In this document: positions 59,665 through 64,000 of the stretch, piece by piece | Layout of the letters: each line of letters starts with the position of its first letter | Numbering within the stretch: the first letter of the stretch is position 1 | From: an uncultured Candidatus Actinomarina sp. | GTDB taxonomy: Bacteria > Actinomycetota > Acidimicrobiia > Actinomarinales > Actinomarinaceae | NCBI GenBank assembly: GCA_902625455.1 | Contig: CACOBL010000001.1 | Span: 244,191 to 308,190 of the forward strand | DNA: 64,000 bases | Direction of reading: 5' to 3' | The notes under the pieces: model-generated | The model's database searches: none | The model's input: the letters and a program-made list of their open reading frames with translations, nothing else | What the model was told of the DNA's origin: nothing | Made by a program: the position numbers and the translations under genes

Positions 59665-59760
59665 CTAACTACTTTTCTTCTTATGTCTATTTGATTTACG
59701 ACGTTTACGATATTTATGTTTTGACATTTTTTTACGTCTTTTTTTAATCAAAGATCCCAT
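59665..59760 (-). CDS. Ribosomal protein bS22 (actinobacteria-specific, 31 aa); not in ORF track
   Basis: Minus-strand ORF MGSLIKKRRKKMSKHKYRKRRKSNRHKKKSS. It closely matches mycobacterial bS22 ([21 protein letters not shown]...). Confidence 0.7.
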   Translation of the reverse strand: MGSLIKKRRKKMSKHKYRKRRKSNRHKKKSS

Positions 59761-59830
59761 AAAGTAAATTTGTTCCTTTTTTCCTAACTGCGAAATTCTA
59801 ACTGATTTTCATCATTAACTGAAAATCTTT

Positions 59831-60700
59831 TTAAAGTTTTTTAATTTTGCTTAATTTTATTGCATTATTTATAGCCTTTAAACCATCGTTATCATTTGGA
59901 GACCTTTTTAGCGCCCATAGACCCCAAGTGATCATAGAAAGCATTTCAAAGTAATCAAATTTTTCAATATTTTCGTCAGAGTCTATACCTATTTCTATTA
60001 ATGAATTTTTTTTAAACTCATTATCTAGGTCGAATTCATTTTGCCAAAATAAGTCTGCATAATCAAAATAGCTATCTCCCATAGACGAGTATTCCCAATC
60101 AATAAGTAGTGTTTTGTTTTTATAGATTACGAAATTTGCATAATAAAGATCTTGATGACATGGTACATTTTTGATTCCAATTTCTTCTATTTTTTTTATA
60201 GCCTTTGAAGCAACTTCCATAGCTTCGTTTTCTACTGGGTTAGAAGCGTCTGCAATATCTTGAAAAACTTTTAGAGGTGAAAAATTTTCTTCAAATACTA
60301 AATCCGCATTATGCAATTCATTTAATACATAAAATGCATTTAGCCGCATTTCTTTATTATTAAAGTCTTGTTGCTTATAAGTGTATATATCAAAATATTC
60401 TGAAATTTTAATTCCAGTAACTTCATCAAAAAGTATAAATGGAAGAGTTAATCCAGCCTCATAAGCTTTAATAGAATTAAATTTTTCAGATTTTCTATTT
60501 ATAACATCTGGATTTTTTCCAGGGATTCTCAAAACAAAATTTTTATTATCAACGCCTACAACAACTGTATTATTTGTTATTCCATGTAAAGGTAAGATAG
60601 TATATTTTTTTTCGTCTTTTACATTAGATATTTCATAGTCTAAAAATATTTTTACAACTTCACTAGATTTGATCATATTCATTATCATAATATAAGTTAT
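59831..60700 (-). CDS. Aminoglycoside/choline-kinase-like phosphotransferase (APH family)
   Basis: Brenner motif HQDLYYANF and metal-binding IDWEYSSMGD. The true start is probably an internal Met (~60700); the first ~55 codons of the track ORF look like read-through of upstream sequence. Confidence 0.65.
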   Translation of the reverse strand: MTYIMIMNMIKSSEVVKIFLDYEISNVKDEKKYTILPLHGITNNTVVVGVDNKNFVLRIPGKNPDVINRKSEKFNSIKAYEAGLTLPFILFDEVTGIKISEYFDIYTYKQQDFNNKEMRLNAFYVLNELHNADLVFEENFSPLKVFQDIADASNPVENEAMEVASKAIKKIEEIGIKNVPCHQDLYYANFVIYKNKTLLIDWEYSSMGDSYFDYADLFWQNEFDLDNEFKKNSLIEIGIDSDENIEKFDYFEMLSMITWGLWALKRSPNDNDGLKAINNAIKLSKIKKL

Positions 60701-60946
60701 GAATGATCCATTTGCACTAGATTTAACAATAATTCTACTTCTACTTGGTGTAGGGGCAGCCATGGTTGCTGGAAATGTAGTGGCTCTTTTAAAATCAAAG
60801 AAAGAGGATAGTGAAATTTTCTTAACTAGAACAATTTTTTTAACAATTATTGGTCTCGTAATTACCATCTGGTCTATTGCTTCATTAATAAACAGATAAA
60901 AAAATTAAAAATATAGGTTATTATATTCAAAGAACTAAAGGATGAA

Positions 60947-61513
60947 ATGTTATCAGACAAGGACATCAAAATATCGTTAGAAAACAATGAAATAGAAATC
61001 TTTCCTTTAGATGAAACTTATATTCAACCTTCAAGTGTAGATCTTAGAGTTGGTAGTGAATTTAGAGTTTTTGAAAATCATAAATATTCTCATATAGATC
61101 CAAAAGCAAATCAGGAAGATTTAACTACATTGGTTACAGCTACGAATGATGAACCATTTGTACTTCATCCAGGAGAATTTGTTCTAGGAACTACATACGA
61201 AAGAGTAACTTTATCAAATAAGGTAGTCGCAAGACTCGAAGGAAAAAGTTCCCTCGGTAGAATTGGCTTATTAATTCATTCAACTGCAGGATTTGTAGAC
61301 CCTGGTTTTTCTGGTTTTTTAACACTTGAACTATCAAATGTCGCAAATTTGCCTATAAAAATTTATCCTGAAATGAAAATAGGTCAGATATCTTTTTACT
61401 ATTTGAATTCACCATCTGAATCTGAATATGGTTCGGGAGTATACGGAAGCAAATACCAAGGACAAGAGGGACCTACTCCAAGCCGTAGTCATAACGATTT
61501 TAAAAGTAAATGA
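60947..61513 (+). CDS. dcd: dCTP deaminase
   Basis: dUTPase-superfamily motifs ([27 protein letters not shown]). About 188 aa, typical of Dcd. Confidence 0.85.
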   Translation: MLSDKDIKISLENNEIEIFPLDETYIQPSSVDLRVGSEFRVFENHKYSHIDPKANQEDLTTLVTATNDEPFVLHPGEFVLGTTYERVTLSNKVVARLEGKSSLGRIGLLIHSTAGFVDPGFSGFLTLELSNVANLPIKIYPEMKIGQISFYYLNSPSESEYGSGVYGSKYQGQEGPTPSRSHNDFKSK

Positions 61514-62193
61514 TTCCAGGTATTGGTACCCTAATAAATTCTTTTGCAGTTATTGGTGTAGGTATAATAAGTAGATTTTTAATTAGAAAAGAAATTAAAA
61601 ATTTTGAAAACAACTTGCTTCCACTTGGTTTACTAGTTTTAACATTGGGTATAAGAGAATCACTAAAAAGTCCAGAATTTTTAATAACATTATTTGCTGT
61701 TTTAATTGGCGCAATTATTGGAACCTTTTTAAAAATTGAAGAAAGAATTAAAAGCTTTGGAGAGTATCTACATAAAAGATTTGAAAAAGGAGAAGGAGAA
61801 AGAAACAAGTTTATCGAAAGTTATTTAACTGCTTCATTAATAGTAGTGACTGGTCCGCTTGCAATTGTAGGACCATTTTTAGATGTAGTTGAAGGAAATA
61901 TTGAACTTTTACTAATCAAAACTGCACTTGATTGTTTCTTAGTACTATTTTTAACTTCTAGTGGTGGCAAAGGGGCGGGTTATTCAGGTATTTCTATATT
62001 GATATACCAGGGGTTCTTTACTTTATGTGCTTTGGCAATAGGAGGCTCAATTGATCAAAATATGTCTGATTCTATTGCGGGAATTGGTGGCGTATTGCTT
62101 GTAGGAGTTGGGATTAACTTACTTGGAATTAAACAAATTCCTGTTGGAAACTACATATTAAGTTTATTTATTCCATTTTTTCTAACATTTTAA
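61510..62193 (+). CDS. DUF554 family membrane protein
   Basis: Polytopic. N-terminal [15 protein letters not shown] is typical of DUF554. Confidence 0.5.
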   Translation: MIPGIGTLINSFAVIGVGIISRFLIRKEIKNFENNLLPLGLLVLTLGIRESLKSPEFLITLFAVLIGAIIGTFLKIEERIKSFGEYLHKRFEKGEGERNKFIESYLTASLIVVTGPLAIVGPFLDVVEGNIELLLIKTALDCFLVLFLTSSGGKGAGYSGISILIYQGFFTLCALAIGGSIDQNMSDSIAGIGGVLLVGVGINLLGIKQIPVGNYILSLFIPFFLTF

Positions 62194-62833
62194 ATGTTCT
62201 AGTCGCCCCTTTGACACCTTCAAATTGATCAATTAGCTTTTGGGACTCTTCCTCAAAGGTACCTTTTACAAAATAATATTGCTTTATTGAAAAGCATCGA
62301 CTGTTGAAATCTATAGCTATAGGTACCAAGGGAATATTTAGACCTTTTGCTAGATAGTAAAAACCACTTCTAAACTCAGAAACTGGCTCTGTTCCAGCTT
62401 CAGGTGCTATAACTAAAATATAGTTATCTATATTCTTAAACTCTTCAATCGCTCCATAGATAAGTCCTTTTGAATTTACTCTGTATACAGGAATTCCACC
62501 AAGTTTTAATAAAAGATATTTTTGTAGCCACCAAAACGGCCAAGGAACACCCAATTTGTCTAAATTTTTTGAAATGGTAAACAAGCTTGGTAATCGTGTA
62601 AATATCCACGCAGCACCAAAAAAATTAATTTTTAAATCTAAAGCCCAAACTGCCAAAAGAGCATACCAAGCATCTCTCATTGCTGTATGGGGTAAACCAA
62701 TAAGAATCATTTTGCTTAAATCTGGAATTTCCCCTTTAATCTCCCATCTAAATAGTTTCATTAAGAACCTTCCTAATGGTCCAAGAATTCTTCTTTTTTT
62801 TATTGCAAGATTTGTATAATTTGATTCTTTCAT
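62168..62833 (-). CDS. Lysophospholipid acyltransferase (PlsC/LPLAT superfamily)
   Basis: HX4D motif (GLPHTAMRDAW) and a downstream PEGT/PEAG-type block (APEAGTE). Confidence 0.55.
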   Translation of the reverse strand: MKESNYTNLAIKKRRILGPLGRFLMKLFRWEIKGEIPDLSKMILIGLPHTAMRDAWYALLAVWALDLKINFFGAAWIFTRLPSLFTISKNLDKLGVPWPFWWLQKYLLLKLGGIPVYRVNSKGLIYGAIEEFKNIDNYILVIAPEAGTEPVSEFRSGFYYLAKGLNIPLVPIAIDFNSRCFSIKQYYFVKGTFEEESQKLIDQFEGVKGATRTFKMLEKME

Positions 62834-63816
62834 AGCTGTGATACGTATTTTGCTATCTGAACAGCATTAAGTGCTGCACCTTTAAGTAAGTTGTCTGAAA
62901 CAACCCAAAAATTTAGTATTTTTTTTGATGAAATGCCCTCCCTCATTCTTGATACCAAAACATTTTTTCTTCCTTCAGCATCTAGTGGAGTGGGAAGTAA
63001 ATTATCCCAGTATTCGACACCATCAAAATTGTTAATAGCATCAATTGCGGTCTCTCTATTAATTTCACTTTCAAAAACTGCAGAACAAAATGTTCCGTGT
63101 CCTGTTTTTACTCCGACCCTAGCGTTTGAAGGCTCTACAATTAAGTCATCAATAGACAGTATTTTTCTTGATTCATTAACAAACTTCATTTCCTCGTCAG
63201 AGTATCCATTATCCAGTAAATTACCAGCAACTGGAATCACATTCTTTGCAATCGGTCTTGAATAAAAACCTTCTGTATAATTTACATTCAAATTATCCCC
63301 CATTTCAATTTCTCTATTAAGGGAGTCAACTGCTTGAGTTCCTGATCCTGATACTGCTTGATATGCAACTGGAGTAATAGATTTAAGGTTAAATTTATCG
63401 TGGAGAGGTTTTAAAACCATAACCAAGCCCATAGTTGTACAATTTGGGTTTGCAATTAGTTTTGTGCTACTACTTATAGTTTCTTCATTAATTCCATAAA
63501 CAACTAAAGGTACATGATGTTCATGCCTGAAAGCAGATGAGTTATCAATAACATAAGCTCCTTGATCTATAAACTTCTTTGCAAATTCTTTGGATCTTTC
63601 ACTTCCAGCTGAAAAGAGAGCAATATCAAATTCAGATATATTGTTGTCAATAAGTTCTTGAACAATCAACTTGTTTCCATTAATTTTTAATTCAGAGCCT
63701 TTTGATTTGCTTGATGCAAAGAAAGTATAGGACGTATCCGCTGAAAAATATTCTTCTAATAAATTGATGATTTTTCGACCAACTAGTCCAGTTGCCCCAA
63801 TAATAGCTATTTTCAT
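62830..63816 (-). CDS. asd: Aspartate-semialdehyde dehydrogenase
   Basis: N-terminal IIGATGLVG and active-site NPNCTT. Confidence 0.85.
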   Translation of the reverse strand: MKIAIIGATGLVGRKIINLLEEYFSADTSYTFFASSKSKGSELKINGNKLIVQELIDNNISEFDIALFSAGSERSKEFAKKFIDQGAYVIDNSSAFRHEHHVPLVVYGINEETISSSTKLIANPNCTTMGLVMVLKPLHDKFNLKSITPVAYQAVSGSGTQAVDSLNREIEMGDNLNVNYTEGFYSRPIAKNVIPVAGNLLDNGYSDEEMKFVNESRKILSIDDLIVEPSNARVGVKTGHGTFCSAVFESEINRETAIDAINNFDGVEYWDNLLPTPLDAEGRKNVLVSRMREGISSKKILNFWVVSDNLLKGAALNAVQIAKYVSQL

Positions 63817-64000
63817 TACTTCGTTATGAATTCTTCATGTAAGACATTGAGAGCCCTCTCAATATCACTACTGCTTATAACACAAGATACTCTGATAGGA
63901 GAAGTCGAAATCATTGATATATTAATTTTATTATCTCCCAAAGTTTTAAACATTTTTGAGGCTACTCCTGATTCTGATTTCATACCTGCTCCGATTATAG
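63817..64000 (-). CDS. lysC: Aspartate kinase, C-terminal ACT domain; 5' part outside window
   Basis: Minus-strand frame ends ..IIGAGMKSESGVASKMFKTLGDNKINISMISTSPIRVSCVI...LHEEFITK*. This matches the LysC ACT domain in the classic lysC-asd arrangement. Confidence 0.7.

Noticed and set aside
60701-60868. First ~55 codons of the 345-aa kinase ORF (MVITRPIIVKK...ATMAAPTPSRS)
   Set aside because: This N-terminal stretch has no kinase homology, overlaps a plus-strand ORF (60699..60899) and is upstream of a plausible internal Met. Likely ORF over-extension.
1-64000. Search for tRNA, rRNA, CRISPR, integrase/transposase, toxin-antitoxin or defence-system genes
   Set aside because: None found. All intergenic gaps >60 bp were inspected, and the gene content is housekeeping.

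Overview
The window is dense, low-GC (~30-35%) bacterial chromosome with short intergenic gaps and many overlapping starts/stops. The content looks like core housekeeping, not an accessory island.

Several lineage markers point to a streamlined low-GC actinobacterium (inference only; possibly a marine Actinomarinales-like organism):
- a dnaK-grpE-dnaJ-hspR operon
- a PAC2-family protein
- a 31-aa bS22 ribosomal protein
- Lgt plus Lnt

Main blocks, in order:
- pepN (5' partial)
- a Bacillus-type caa3 oxidase cluster (ctaB, then ctaCDEFG) and the isocitrate lyase, SDR and acyl-CoA dehydrogenase block downstream of it
- rmuC, a GT4 glycosyltransferase, selD, nadE, an HdrD-like Fe-S membrane oxidoreductase and proC
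- the dnaK operon
- a peptidase/amidohydrolase block and a 4-gene amino-acid ABC transporter
- purA-purB, mscS, lnt, an M3 peptidase, copZ-copA, dcd and asd-lysC (3' partial)

The most notable observations:
- Two genes are missed or truncated by the ORF track because they carry in-frame TGA codons at positions where homologs have catalytic Cys/Sec: SelD (HGAG-U-ACK) and a SelW/Rdx-family protein (C-V-V-U). This implies a selenocysteine-decoding organism.
- A pair of paralogous 64-66 aa CCCH small proteins, each preceded by a perfect palindrome, sit at the heads of the dnaK and copZA loci.
- A lipoprotein fuses a cupredoxin domain, a beta-helix region and a PLDc_N membrane anchor.
- Lnt has its catalytic Cys replaced by Ser.

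No tRNA, rRNA, CRISPR or obvious mobile element was seen.

Coordinates of small hand-called features are approximate (+/-2 nt) because I cannot index the raw text perfectly.
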